Assembly (NCBI GenBank): GCA_003327425.1
Contig: QOQW01000002.1
Location: 223,972-287,971 of the forward strand
From: Candidatus Ozemobacter sibiricus
GTDB lineage: Bacteria > Muiribacteriota > Ozemobacteria > Ozemobacterales > Ozemobacteraceae
Reading direction: 5' to 3'
DNA length: 64,000 nt
Part shown: piece after piece, positions 54,499 to 63,540 of the stretch
Numbering within the stretch: the first letter of the stretch is position 1
How the letters are laid out: the number at the start of each line of letters is the position of its first letter
Position numbers and translations under genes: made by a program
The notes under the pieces: generated by a model
What the model was told of the DNA's origin: nothing
Database searches by the model: none
Seen by the model: the letters and a program-made list of their open reading frames with translations, nothing else

Positions 54499-56871
54499 GT
54501 GCAGGATTTCGTCCGGACCCACCACCGCCAGATCCGGTGGTTCCTGCTGGTGGGCGCCATCGCGGTGGCGGCATTCCTGGGGATTTCCACGCTGGTCTCC
54601 TGGCGAGCCGGCCAGCTGGCCTTCGAAGATGCCATGGCGACCGCCCGGGCCGCGGCCTATCGCCATGGCGCCGAACTGACCGTTCCCATGGTCGAGGCGC
54701 TGGCCACCGCCCGCACCCTGGCCCACAGCCTCGAGGGGATGCTGCGACAGCGCCCGCACTTGTCGCGGCAGGTCGTCGATCAGATGTTCATCCGCCTGAT
54801 CGAAGCCCAGCCCTTCCACTTCGGGGCCTGGGCCGTCTTCCTCCCCCAGCGGTTCGACGGCCGGGATGCGGAATTCGCCGGCCAGCCCGGGCAGGCCGCC
54901 GATGGCGGGTATGTGCCGTTCGCCTACCGCAAGAATGGACGGGTGGTCTTCCAGCACGACAACTACACCTATGAACGGACCCAGCCGTATTTCACCATCC
55001 CCTTCCAGACCGGCGAGGAAGCCGTCATCGACCCCTACGTCGACCAGATGGCCGAGAAGGCCATCATGAGCAGCCTGTGCGTGCCCATTCGGGAAAACGG
55101 CGAGGTGATCGGGGTGGCCGGCATCGACCTGCTGCTGACCGACCTGGGCCAGGCGGTCGCCGGCATCGCGCCCGTTCCCGATGGGTATGTCTTCCTCGTG
55201 GCCAACAACGGGATTATGGTCGGCCATCCCGACCCCACCGCCATCAACCGCCCCCTGACCGAGCTGGGCGCGCCGCCGCCGGTTCTGGAGGCCATCAAGA
55301 ATGGGCAGGAAATCCGGGTGCGGGCGCCGCACTGCCGGAACGGCGAGCCCTGCCATGTCCAGTATGTGCCGATCCGGTTCGGCCGGGCTCCCACCGCGTG
55401 GTCGCTCGGTGTGGCCATTCCCGACCGGTTCATTCGCGAGCGCGCGCGCACCGTCAGCCTCGGCGCCGCCCAGATCAGCCTCGCCTCGCTCCTGCTGCTG
55501 ACCGTCGTCCTGGGCATCGCCTACCGGGCCGTTCTACATCCCTTGCGCCAGGCGGAAGCCACCCTGCGCCGCTTCTTCGATCATGTGCACGATGCCGTGG
55601 TCGTCCATGATGCCGAGGGGAACATCCTGACCGTCAACGATCAGATGCTGGCGATGTATGGGCTGACCCGCGCCGATCTCGAGCGGTTCAATCACGTGCG
55701 GTTCCTGATTCCGCCGGGGGAAGACCCCGCCCACCTGACCGAGATGGTGACCACTGCCCTGCGCGACGGCAAGGCCCAGCGGGAATGCCGGATCTGGCGG
55801 CCGCTGCGGCAGGAGGAATTCTGGGCCGACATCCACCTGCGGCCCCTGCTGGTGCTCGACCAGACCGTGCTGCTCGCCACCATCCGCGACATCACCGACC
55901 GGCGGCGGGCCGAGGCGGAAATGCGCCGCCTGGCCAGCATCGTCGAGAACAGCCTCGAATTCATCAGCATCGCCACCCTGGCCGGCGAGATCATCTACCT
56001 CAACCCGGCCGGCTGCCAGATGGTCGGCCTCGACCCCGCCGAGCAGGGCAGCGGCCACCAGCTCGCCGAGATCCTGGAAGAGGGGTGGCGGCTCCGCCAT
56101 CAGGCGGAAGAGCGGCAGACGCTGCGCGCCACCGGCCGCTGGCGAGGGCAGGTCATTTTGCGGCATCTCCGCTCGGGGCGCCACATTCCCATGGAAGGCA
56201 CCAGCTTCATCCCTGGCTTCCCCATCTTGGATGAACGAACGGTGGTCGTCTCCATCCTCCACGACATCTCCGAACGGCTGGCCGCCGAGGCCGAACGCAT
56301 CGCCACCGCGCTCCGCACCGAACGCCAGATGCGCTGCATCATCCGGCTGGCCACCTCGCTCGGGCGCCAATCCCAGGACCCGGCCAGGCTGCTGCGCTTC
56401 CTCACCGAAGAGATCGCGGCCACCCTCGACGTCGACCGCGCGAGTCTGTGGCTGGCCACGCCCACCATGGATCGCCTCACCTGCGCCGACCTGTACGATG
56501 CCCGCGGAAGGAGCCACACGGCAGGGCAGGTCCTGGTGGCCACCGAGGCGCCGTTGTTCTTTCTCGCCCTGCAGGCCGAACGGGCCATCGACGCCCCGGA
56601 CGCCGTGCTCGACCCCCGCACGGCGGAATGCGCCGAAACCTACCTCCTGCCCAACCATATCTCCTCCCTGCTGGCCGCCCCGATCCGCCGCTCGGGGACC
56701 GTGGTCGGCGTGGTCAGTGGGGAGCATCGCGGTCCCCCGCGGCGCTGGCTGCCTGATGAAATCAGGTTCATGGGCGAGGTGGCCGATCAGGTCGCCCAGA
56801 TCATGACGAGAATGGAGCACCTGTGGCCGCCGACGCCACCGACGCCATCGGCGACGCCCCCCGCGTCGTAG
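54499..56871 (+). CDS. dCache-PAS-PAS-GAF membrane sensor with no recognisable output domain
   Basis: TM, dCache ('FDGRDAEFAG', 'PYF..P', 'PYVD', 'VAGID'), TM, two PAS ('ATIRDITDRR', 'SILHDISER') and a GAF ('ISSLLAAPI...VVGVVSGEH...W.PDE'), then a stop. SD GGAGGAG before the GTG. Confidence 0.9.
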   Translation: MQDFVRTHHRQIRWFLLVGAIAVAAFLGISTLVSWRAGQLAFEDAMATARAAAYRHGAELTVPMVEALATARTLAHSLEGMLRQRPHLSRQVVDQMFIRLIEAQPFHFGAWAVFLPQRFDGRDAEFAGQPGQAADGGYVPFAYRKNGRVVFQHDNYTYERTQPYFTIPFQTGEEAVIDPYVDQMAEKAIMSSLCVPIRENGEVIGVAGIDLLLTDLGQAVAGIAPVPDGYVFLVANNGIMVGHPDPTAINRPLTELGAPPPVLEAIKNGQEIRVRAPHCRNGEPCHVQYVPIRFGRAPTAWSLGVAIPDRFIRERARTVSLGAAQISLASLLLLTVVLGIAYRAVLHPLRQAEATLRRFFDHVHDAVVVHDAEGNILTVNDQMLAMYGLTRADLERFNHVRFLIPPGEDPAHLTEMVTTALRDGKAQRECRIWRPLRQEEFWADIHLRPLLVLDQTVLLATIRDITDRRRAEAEMRRLASIVENSLEFISIATLAGEIIYLNPAGCQMVGLDPAEQGSGHQLAEILEEGWRLRHQAEERQTLRATGRWRGQVILRHLRSGRHIPMEGTSFIPGFPILDERTVVVSILHDISERLAAEAERIATALRTERQMRCIIRLATSLGRQSQDPARLLRFLTEEIAATLDVDRASLWLATPTMDRLTCADLYDARGRSHTAGQVLVATEAPLFFLALQAERAIDAPDAVLDPRTAECAETYLLPNHISSLLAAPIRRSGTVVGVVSGEHRGPPRRWLPDEIRFMGEVADQVAQIMTRMEHLWPPTPPTPSATPPAS

Positions 56872-56925
56872 ACTTCAAAATCCTCCTTCGTGTGCCGATA
56901 CCCGGGCGGGAAGGAGGTGGGTTCC

Positions 56926-57072
56926 ATGGTGAGAACCTTCGCCACGGTGCTGTTGATCCTGGCCAGCCTGGCCGGGTTCCTCTTCAGCTACGAGTTCGCC
57001 TACCACAAGATCGCCCGGGTCCTCGACCGGCCGGCCGATCAACCGAACGCAGCCTGGATCGCCCGCAAGTAG
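56926..57072 (+). CDS. Small single-TM protein (48 aa)
   Basis: SD AAGGAGGT at 56911-56918. Translation: MVRTFATVLLILASLAGFLFSYEFAYHKIARVLDRPADQPNAAWIARK. Confidence 0.6.
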   Translation: MVRTFATVLLILASLAGFLFSYEFAYHKIARVLDRPADQPNAAWIARK

Positions 57073-57472
57073 AACCGCTCCCGCTGGCTGGTCCCTCGGT
57101 CACCGTCCCGCCGGCCGACTCCTCTGGGGGTAGGGCCGGCGGCAGGGCGCCGGCCACGGCGGCCGGCCACGCCTCGACCAGGGCCAGTTTCCCCGCGCGC
57201 GAGAGGCGCTTGATGGCGATTTCCCGCCGCAAGGCGGTCGACCGATCGGGACACTCCTCCCAATACACCAGCCGCAGCGGCCGGCGCGCTCGGGTATAGC
57301 GCGCTCCCGCGCCCGCCTGGTGCTGGCCCAGCCGCCGCTCGAGATCGTTGGTCGCTCCGGTATAGAGGGAGCCATCCCGGCAGGCCAGGATGTAGACGCC
57401 CCATCCTGTCTGGCCCACAGGGCCGCCAGGGTTTTGCGCCACCCTCAGACCGCCTGATCGACGCGAACCCAT
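56984..57472 (-). CDS. GIY-YIG nuclease family protein (UPF0213/YhbQ-like)
   Basis: 'VYILACRDGSLYTGATNDLERRL.QH..G.GARYTR.RRP...E..AL.RE..IKRL'. The start is uncertain (57472, 57442 or 57418), and the C-terminal run-on overlaps the 48-aa ORF. Confidence 0.85.
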   Translation of the reverse strand: MGSRRSGGLRVAQNPGGPVGQTGWGVYILACRDGSLYTGATNDLERRLGQHQAGAGARYTRARRPLRLVYWEECPDRSTALRREIAIKRLSRAGKLALVEAWPAAVAGALPPALPPEESAGGTVTEGPASGSGSTCGRSRLRSVDRPAGRGPGRSCGRRTRS

Positions 57473-57633
57473 TTTCCTGCTTCCTGAAGGTTTGATACCC
57501 CTCAACTGTAGGGCCTGAGACCGTCCGGTGCAAGCGTTCCGACAGGACTCTGCTCGATTCCTGACACTGGGCTGGAGGGAGGGTCGATGAGGGGGCTGGC
57601 TGGAATCCTCACCGGCGAACCTTCCCAGTCGTA

Positions 57634-57733
57634 TTGGAATAGTCCAAATTCGCATAATTTTTCCCAACCATTAATCCGATATTTATCGGGCTTTACATTT
57701 CACCATGCTTATGGTATAGTCCTTTTAGTCCAA
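57634..57733 (+). promoter_or_regulatory. Promoter and candidate operators of the GntR-glutamate mutase operon
   Basis: TTTACA 57692-57697, 17 nt, extended -10 TG-G-TATAGT 57712-57720. Palindromes TTGGA-ATAG-TCCAA (57634-57647) and CCGATA-TT-TATCGG (57676-57689). The region is locally AT-rich. Confidence 0.6.
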
Positions 57734-57734
57734 T

Positions 57735-58802
57735 ATGCCGCGCCTGCCGATCGCTATCGATCCCACCGACAAACTGCCGGTCTACCGCCAGGTGGTCGAT
57801 CAGATCACCCAGTTGATCCGCTCGGGAAAGCTGGCACCGGGAGACCGCCTGCCCCCCGAGCGCGATCTGGCCGCCGCCCTGGGCGTGGCCCGCGGCACGA
57901 TCAAGCAGGCCTACGACACCCTGGTTCAGCAGCGACTGGTCGTGGCCACCCAGGGCCGCGGCAGTTTCGTCGCCGGCCTGGCGCGCCCCGAACCGAGCGA
58001 TCGCCGCCAGCGGGCGGTCAGCGACATTCTCGAGCTGATCTGCCGCCTGGAGGAAATGCGCTTCACCCACCGCGAGATCGCCAATCTGTTCACCGCCCTG
58101 CTGGCCCAGCGCGAAGAGCTGACCAGCCGCCTGTCGATCGCGATCGTCGACTGCAACCCCGAAGCGCTGGCCATCTACCATCACCAGATCGCCCTGTTGA
58201 GCCACCTGCAGGTGAAGGAACACCTGCTGGGCAGTCTGGCGGCCGCCGACCGGCCGGCCGGCATCCTGGCCAGCTACGACCTCATCGTCACCACCCTCAA
58301 TCATCACGAAGAGCTGTGCCGGCTCGTCCCCGACCTGGCCGATCGCCTCGTGCCCGTGGCCGTCTCGCCATCGTCGGCCACGCTGATCGCACTCGGCCGC
58401 ATTCCGACCGGCCGGCCCATCGGGGCTCTCTACCAAAGCGAACGATTCTGCGGCATCATCGAACACTGGCTGCGCCGGTTCGGCCTGACCGATCCCCTGC
58501 ATGGCTTCGCCCTTCCCGACCCCCAGAGCCGCCCGGATGCCCCCTCCTCCCGACCGGCCGACGATGACGCCGTGGAAGCCTTCGACCGGTTCCTGCGTGG
58601 GCTGGCCACGCTGATCGTCCCCCCCGGCTACGCCTTGCAGCTACCGGGACGCTTCATGGGGGCGCTCCAGCGCTTCCGGGAGAACGGCGGCCTCCTCGTC
58701 CATTTCGACTACCAGATCGACCCCGGTTCGCTGCTGCATCTCGAAGAGCGACTGAAGCTCCTGCTGCAGCATCCCATCATCGATGGAAGGAAGACGGCAT
58801 GA
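57735..58802 (+). CDS. GntR-family transcriptional regulator with a large C-terminal domain
   Basis: wHTH '[10 protein letters not shown]...[28 protein letters not shown]...G.GSFV' followed by ~270 aa of alpha/beta sequence. Confidence 0.92.
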   Translation: MPRLPIAIDPTDKLPVYRQVVDQITQLIRSGKLAPGDRLPPERDLAAALGVARGTIKQAYDTLVQQRLVVATQGRGSFVAGLARPEPSDRRQRAVSDILELICRLEEMRFTHREIANLFTALLAQREELTSRLSIAIVDCNPEALAIYHHQIALLSHLQVKEHLLGSLAAADRPAGILASYDLIVTTLNHHEELCRLVPDLADRLVPVAVSPSSATLIALGRIPTGRPIGALYQSERFCGIIEHWLRRFGLTDPLHGFALPDPQSRPDAPSSRPADDDAVEAFDRFLRGLATLIVPPGYALQLPGRFMGALQRFRENGGLLVHFDYQIDPGSLLHLEERLKLLLQHPIIDGRKTA

Positions 58803-59230
58803 ACACCCCCCCCATCAATATCGTTCTTGGCGTGATCGGCTTCGACTGCCACTCGGTCGGCAACAAGATCCTCGAAGCGTTTTTCACCGAGCAGGGTTTC
58901 AAGGTCACCAACCTCGGCGTCATGGTCAGCCAGGAGGAGTTCCTGCAAGCGGCCATCGAGACCGGAGCCAAGGCGATCCTGGTCTCCTCCTTGTACGGCC
59001 ACGGCGAGATCGATTGCGTCGGCCTGCGCGAGAAGTGCCGCGAGCAGGGGCTCGACGACATCCTCCTCTACGTCGGGGGGAACCTGGTCGTCGGCAAGAC
59101 CCCGTTCGAACAGGTCGAGGCTAAATTCAAGGCCATGGGCTACGACCGGGTCTTCGGCCCCGACTGCGATCTGGCCACCGTGGCCCGCCTGCTGCGGGAA
59201 GACCTGGCCGCCCGCCAGCGCGCCGACTGA
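58799..59230 (+). CDS. glmS: Glutamate (methylaspartate) mutase sigma subunit, B12-binding
   Basis: '[16 protein letters not shown]' (DxHxxG), 'SSLYGHGE', '[10 protein letters not shown]' and 'MGYDRV'. ATGA overlap with gntR. Confidence 0.96.
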   Translation: MNTPPINIVLGVIGFDCHSVGNKILEAFFTEQGFKVTNLGVMVSQEEFLQAAIETGAKAILVSSLYGHGEIDCVGLREKCREQGLDDILLYVGGNLVVGKTPFEQVEAKFKAMGYDRVFGPDCDLATVARLLREDLAARQRAD

Positions 59231-60864
59231 TGGACCGCCCCGCCCTGCCACCGACCGACCGCGCGGCCGAACGCGCGGCCGAACGTCCGTCCGTGGCCCG
59301 GCCGGACGACCACGCGCCGACGCTGGCCATCGGGCTCGACATCGGCTCGACCTTCACCAAAGGCGCCCTGTTCCGGCTGGGCCCGGGCGACCCCTGCCTG
59401 CTGCGCCGGGCCGCCACGCCGACCACCACCGCCCATCTGCCCGACGGCGCCGGCACCGTCATCCGCCACCTGCTCGACCTCCCCCCCGCCTGGACCTGGG
59501 AAGACCTGCCCCGCACCAGCCTTCCGAGCTCGGTCGGCGCTGGCGACGGCCAGACGAGCGATGAGGTTCGGCCGCTCCCGCCCATCCATTTCACGTCGTC
59601 GGCCAAAGGGGGATTGCGGGTCGCCGTGGTCGGCCTCGTGCCCGAGCTGTCGGTGCAGATCGGCCGGCTGGTCGCCTGGTCGGCCGGTGCCCGCCTGACC
59701 GGCACCTATTCCTATCGGCTGACCGACTCCGCCCTCGCCGAGATCGAGCAGACCCGCCCCGACATCGTGCTGTGGTGCGGCGGCACCGACGGCGGCCACG
59801 AGCGCAGCGGCCGGGAGAACGCCCAGCGGCTCGCCCGCTCTTCCTATGACGGCACGCTGATCTATGCCGGCAATGCCCTGCTGGCCGATGAGGTCCGGCA
59901 GACCCTGGCCCACAAGCGGCTGGTGGTGACCGCCAACGTGATGCCCGAGTTCGGTCGGTTCAATGGCGAGCCGGCGCGGGAAGCCATTCGCACCATCTTC
60001 CTGCAGACCATCGTGCAAGGGAAAGGGCTCGATCGGCTGGCCGCCCTGACCGGCACCGAACCGGTGCCCACCCCGCGCGCCATGTTCGATCTGGTGGGCG
60101 CCATCGCCGACCACTGCCCCGACTGGCGCGAATTCATCGCCATCGACCTGGGCGGCGCCACCACCGATGTCTATTCCTGCGCGCCGGCCTTCCGGGGCGG
60201 CGAGGGCTTGCGCCTGCGCGGCCTGGTCGAACCCGAGCGCAAGCGCTCGGTGGAAGGCGACCTCGGGCTGCGCATCAGCGCCTCGGCCCTGGCCGCCGTG
60301 CTGGCCGGCGATGACGTGCCGGTCACCACCGTCGGCCTGCCGCCGGTCACCCCGACCGCGCTGGCGGCCTGGGTCGAACGGGTCGGCGCCCATCCCGAAA
60401 CGCTGCCCGCCAGCCCCGAAGAAGAAGCCGCCGATGCCTGGCTGGCCGCCGGCTGCATCCGCCATGCCCTGCGGCGGCATGCCGGGCGCCTCGAGCCGGT
60501 GTGGCTGCCGGAAGGCCAGGTCTGGGTGCAGACCGGCAAAGACCTCCGCCCCGTCCCGCGACTGGTGCTGACCGGGGGCTACCCGGCCGCCCACCCGCGC
60601 CTGCCCCTGTTCGAGCTGGCCGAGCCGGCGGCGCGGCGCGCGCCCGAGCTTCTGGTGCCACAGGCGCCGCGCTGCTTCGTCGACCATCTCTACCTCTGGC
60701 CGCTGCTGGGGCCGTTGGTGGCCCGCTTCCCGGCGGCCGCCGCCCGCCTGGCCGTCGCCAGCCTCACCGCCGTGCCGGCGGTGGCATCCTGCCCCGACGT
60801 TCCTCATACGGCAACCACTGACAAGGAGTCGCACCCCTGTGAAATCCTATCAGATTCCCTTTGA
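59230..60864 (+). CDS. glmL: Glutamate mutase accessory protein GlmL/MutL (ASKHA-fold)
   Basis: 'DIGSTFTK', 'SSAKGGL', 'GGTDGG', 'PTP.A', 'DLGGATTDVYS' and 'RSVEGDLGLR', in its usual position between S and E. Confidence 0.92.
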   Translation: MDRPALPPTDRAAERAAERPSVARPDDHAPTLAIGLDIGSTFTKGALFRLGPGDPCLLRRAATPTTTAHLPDGAGTVIRHLLDLPPAWTWEDLPRTSLPSSVGAGDGQTSDEVRPLPPIHFTSSAKGGLRVAVVGLVPELSVQIGRLVAWSAGARLTGTYSYRLTDSALAEIEQTRPDIVLWCGGTDGGHERSGRENAQRLARSSYDGTLIYAGNALLADEVRQTLAHKRLVVTANVMPEFGRFNGEPAREAIRTIFLQTIVQGKGLDRLAALTGTEPVPTPRAMFDLVGAIADHCPDWREFIAIDLGGATTDVYSCAPAFRGGEGLRLRGLVEPERKRSVEGDLGLRISASALAAVLAGDDVPVTTVGLPPVTPTALAAWVERVGAHPETLPASPEEEAADAWLAAGCIRHALRRHAGRLEPVWLPEGQVWVQTGKDLRPVPRLVLTGGYPAAHPRLPLFELAEPAARRAPELLVPQAPRCFVDHLYLWPLLGPLVARFPAAAARLAVASLTAVPAVASCPDVPHTATTDKESHPCEILSDSL

Positions 60865-62284
60865 CCGCTTCCTGAGCATTCGGGCCGAGGTCTTGAAGAC
60901 CTGGCCGACCGGCGAGGGTCTGACCCTCGAAGACGGCCTCGCCTACCAGCGGACGCTGCCGCCCGCCAAGAACTTCGCGCGCGCCATGGCGACGGCCTCC
61001 CGCGAAGGCCGCATCCTTCTGCAGCCCCGGGCCGGCGTCGCCCTCATCCCCGATCACATCAAGCTGCTGCAGTATCTCGAAACCGAAGGGGAGGCCGACC
61101 TGCTGCCCACCACGATCGATGCCTACACCCGGCAGAACCGCTACCAGGAAGCGGCGAACGGCATCCAGAAATCGCTGGAGGCCCGAGCCTCGCTGCTCAA
61201 CGGGTTTCCCGCCGTCAATCACGGCGTGGCGGGCTGCCGCCAGGTGGTCGAGAGCGTCCGCTCGCCGATCCAGGTCCGGCATGGCACCCCCGATGCGCGC
61301 CTGCTCGCCGAGATCACCCTGGCCGCCGGCTTCACCTCGTTCGAAGGGGGCGGCATCAGCTACAACATCCCCTATGCCAAGAAAGTGCCGCTGGCCAAAT
61401 CCATCGAAGACTGGAAATACGTCGACCGGCTGGTTGGCTGGTATGAGGAACAAGGCATTCCGATCAACCGAGAACCGTTCGGTCCCTTGACCGGGACGCT
61501 CGTTCCCCCCTTCATCAGCCACGCCGTCGCCATCATCGAAGGCGTTCTGGCGCTGCGGCAAGGAGTGCGCTCGCTGACCCTGGGCTACGGCCAGGGGGGC
61601 AACCTCATCCAGGACGTCGCCGCCATGGTCACCCTCAAAGAGCTGGCCCACGAGTACTTCGCGCGAGAAGGGTTCACCGATTACGAGCTGACCACCGTCT
61701 TCCATCAATGGATGGGCGGGTTCCCCGAAGACGAGGCCAAGGCCTTCGCGGTGATCTGCTGGGGTTCGACGGTGGCCGTCTTCGCTCGCGCCGACAAGAT
61801 CATCGCCAAATCGCCGCACGAGGCCATGGGCATTCCGACCAAGGAAGCCAACGCGCAAGGGCTGCGGGCCAGCCGGCAGGTGATCAACATGCTGCGCGAC
61901 CAGAAGTTCGCCGGCGGCGCCGATTTCGAGCGCGAGACCGATCTCATCCGGCGCGAGGTGCGCTGCCTGCTCGACAAGGTCTATGAGCTGGGCCACGGCG
62001 ATCTCGAAGCCGGCACCATCGCCGCCTTCGCGGCGGGCGTGCTCGACGTCCCCTTCGCTCCGGCCGCCTGCAACCACGGCAAGATCCTGCCGATGCGCGA
62101 CCACGAGGGCTACATCCGGGTCTTCAATCGAGGCCAGCTGCCGCTGTCGGCCGAGATCCTCGATTTCCACCGGTCCCGGCTCGAAGAGCGGGCCAAAGCC
62201 GAAAAACGGGAGGTATGCTTCCAGATGGTGACCGACGACATCTATGCGGTCAGCAAAGGCCGCCTGGTGGGGAGGCCGCGATGA
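60839..62284 (+). CDS. glmE: Glutamate (methylaspartate) mutase epsilon subunit
   Basis: 'R.EVL..WPTG', 'QPRAG', 'TIDAYTRQNRY', 'NGFPAVNHG', 'RHGTPD' and 'EGGGISYNIPY'. SD AAGGAG before the GTG. Confidence 0.97.
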   Translation: MKSYQIPFDRFLSIRAEVLKTWPTGEGLTLEDGLAYQRTLPPAKNFARAMATASREGRILLQPRAGVALIPDHIKLLQYLETEGEADLLPTTIDAYTRQNRYQEAANGIQKSLEARASLLNGFPAVNHGVAGCRQVVESVRSPIQVRHGTPDARLLAEITLAAGFTSFEGGGISYNIPYAKKVPLAKSIEDWKYVDRLVGWYEEQGIPINREPFGPLTGTLVPPFISHAVAIIEGVLALRQGVRSLTLGYGQGGNLIQDVAAMVTLKELAHEYFAREGFTDYELTTVFHQWMGGFPEDEAKAFAVICWGSTVAVFARADKIIAKSPHEAMGIPTKEANAQGLRASRQVINMLRDQKFAGGADFERETDLIRREVRCLLDKVYELGHGDLEAGTIAAFAAGVLDVPFAPAACNHGKILPMRDHEGYIRVFNRGQLPLSAEILDFHRSRLEERAKAEKREVCFQMVTDDIYAVSKGRLVGRPR

Positions 62285-63540
62285 AGATCGCCCACGCCCT
62301 CTTCAGTCCTGGCATCTCCGCCTTCTTTTTCGACGACCAGCGGGCCATCAAACGAGGGGCGCCCCATGATGGCTTCATCTACCTCGGCGAGCCGGTGACG
62401 CCTCGCTTCCGCCGCATCCGTGAGGCCGGCCAGAGCATCTCGGTGCAACTGATCCTCGAGGATGGCCAGATCGCCGTCGGCGATTGCGCCGCGGTGCAGT
62501 ATTCGGGCGCCGGCGGCCGCGATCCGCTGTTCCTGGCGGCCGATTACATCCCGGTGCTGGAACGGCACGTGCGCCCGCGCCTGGAAGGGATGGAGATCGA
62601 CCGCTTCCGGGCCATGGTCGAGCCGTTCATGAGCCTGACCGTCGACGGCGAGCGGCTGCATACCGCGCTGCGCTATGGCCTGTCGCAGGCGTTGCTCGAC
62701 GCCCGCGCCAAGGCGTGCCGGCGGCTGCCCACCGAGATCATCTGCGAGGAGTACGGCCTGCCGGTCATCGCCGAGCGGGTGCCCGTCTTCGGGCAGAGCG
62801 GCGACAGCCGCTACGAGAACGTCGACAAGATGATCCTCAAGGGCGTCGAGGTGCTGCCGCACGGGCTGATCAACAACATCGACGAGAAGCTCGGCCGCGA
62901 CGGCAGCAAGCTGCGCGAATACATCCGGTGGCTGGCCCGGCGCACGCGGGAGCTGGCGCCGCGCGACGACTACCGGCCCACCCTCCACCTCGACGTCTAC
63001 GGCACCATCGGCCTCGCCTTCAACTTCGACCTGCCGCGCATCACCGACTACCTCGCCTCGCTCGAAGCCGATGCCGACGGGTTGCCGCTCTACATCGAAG
63101 GCCCGGTCGACCGCGAGGAGAAGCCCGCCACCATCGACAGCCTGCGCGAGATCACCCAGGGCCTCGAGCGGCGCGGCTCGCGCGTCCGCATCGTCGCCGA
63201 CGAATGGTGCAACACCTACGAGGACGTGAAGGAATTCGTCGACGCCCGGGCCTGTCACATGGTCCAGATCAAGACCCCCGACCTGGGCGGTATCCAGACC
63301 ATCGTCGACAGCGTCTTGTACTGCAAGCGCCATGGCGTCGAAGCCTACCAGGGCGGCACCTGCAACGAGACCGACGTCTCGGCCCGCCTCTGCGTGCACC
63401 TGGCGATGGCGGCGCGAGCCGACCGCATGCTCGCCAAGCCGGGCATGGGCTTCGACGAGGGCTTCACCATCGTCAACAACGAGATGGAACGCATCATCCG
63501 CTACCTGCGCTGGAAACAGGAAGGAGGAGCCGCCCGATGA
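62281..63540 (+). CDS. mal: Methylaspartate ammonia-lyase
   Basis: 'FFFDDQRAIK', 'GDCAAVQYSG.GGRDPLF', 'HGLINN', 'DVYGT', 'IEGP', 'ADEWCN', 'QIKTPDLGG' and 'KPGMG'. Start 62281 comes from the ATGA overlap. Confidence 0.97.
   Translation: MKIAHALFSPGISAFFFDDQRAIKRGAPHDGFIYLGEPVTPRFRRIREAGQSISVQLILEDGQIAVGDCAAVQYSGAGGRDPLFLAADYIPVLERHVRPRLEGMEIDRFRAMVEPFMSLTVDGERLHTALRYGLSQALLDARAKACRRLPTEIICEEYGLPVIAERVPVFGQSGDSRYENVDKMILKGVEVLPHGLINNIDEKLGRDGSKLREYIRWLARRTRELAPRDDYRPTLHLDVYGTIGLAFNFDLPRITDYLASLEADADGLPLYIEGPVDREEKPATIDSLREITQGLERRGSRVRIVADEWCNTYEDVKEFVDARACHMVQIKTPDLGGIQTIVDSVLYCKRHGVEAYQGGTCNETDVSARLCVHLAMAARADRMLAKPGMGFDEGFTIVNNEMERIIRYLRWKQEGGAAR

Noticed and set aside
57498-57526. Cobalamin-riboswitch-like fragments (CCCCTCAACTGTA ... 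GAGACCGTCC) upstream of the B12-dependent operon
   Set aside because: The AGGGAA and GGTG..AATCC elements are missing, and the fragments lie upstream of the predicted promoter. An Infernal search with the cobalamin models would settle it.
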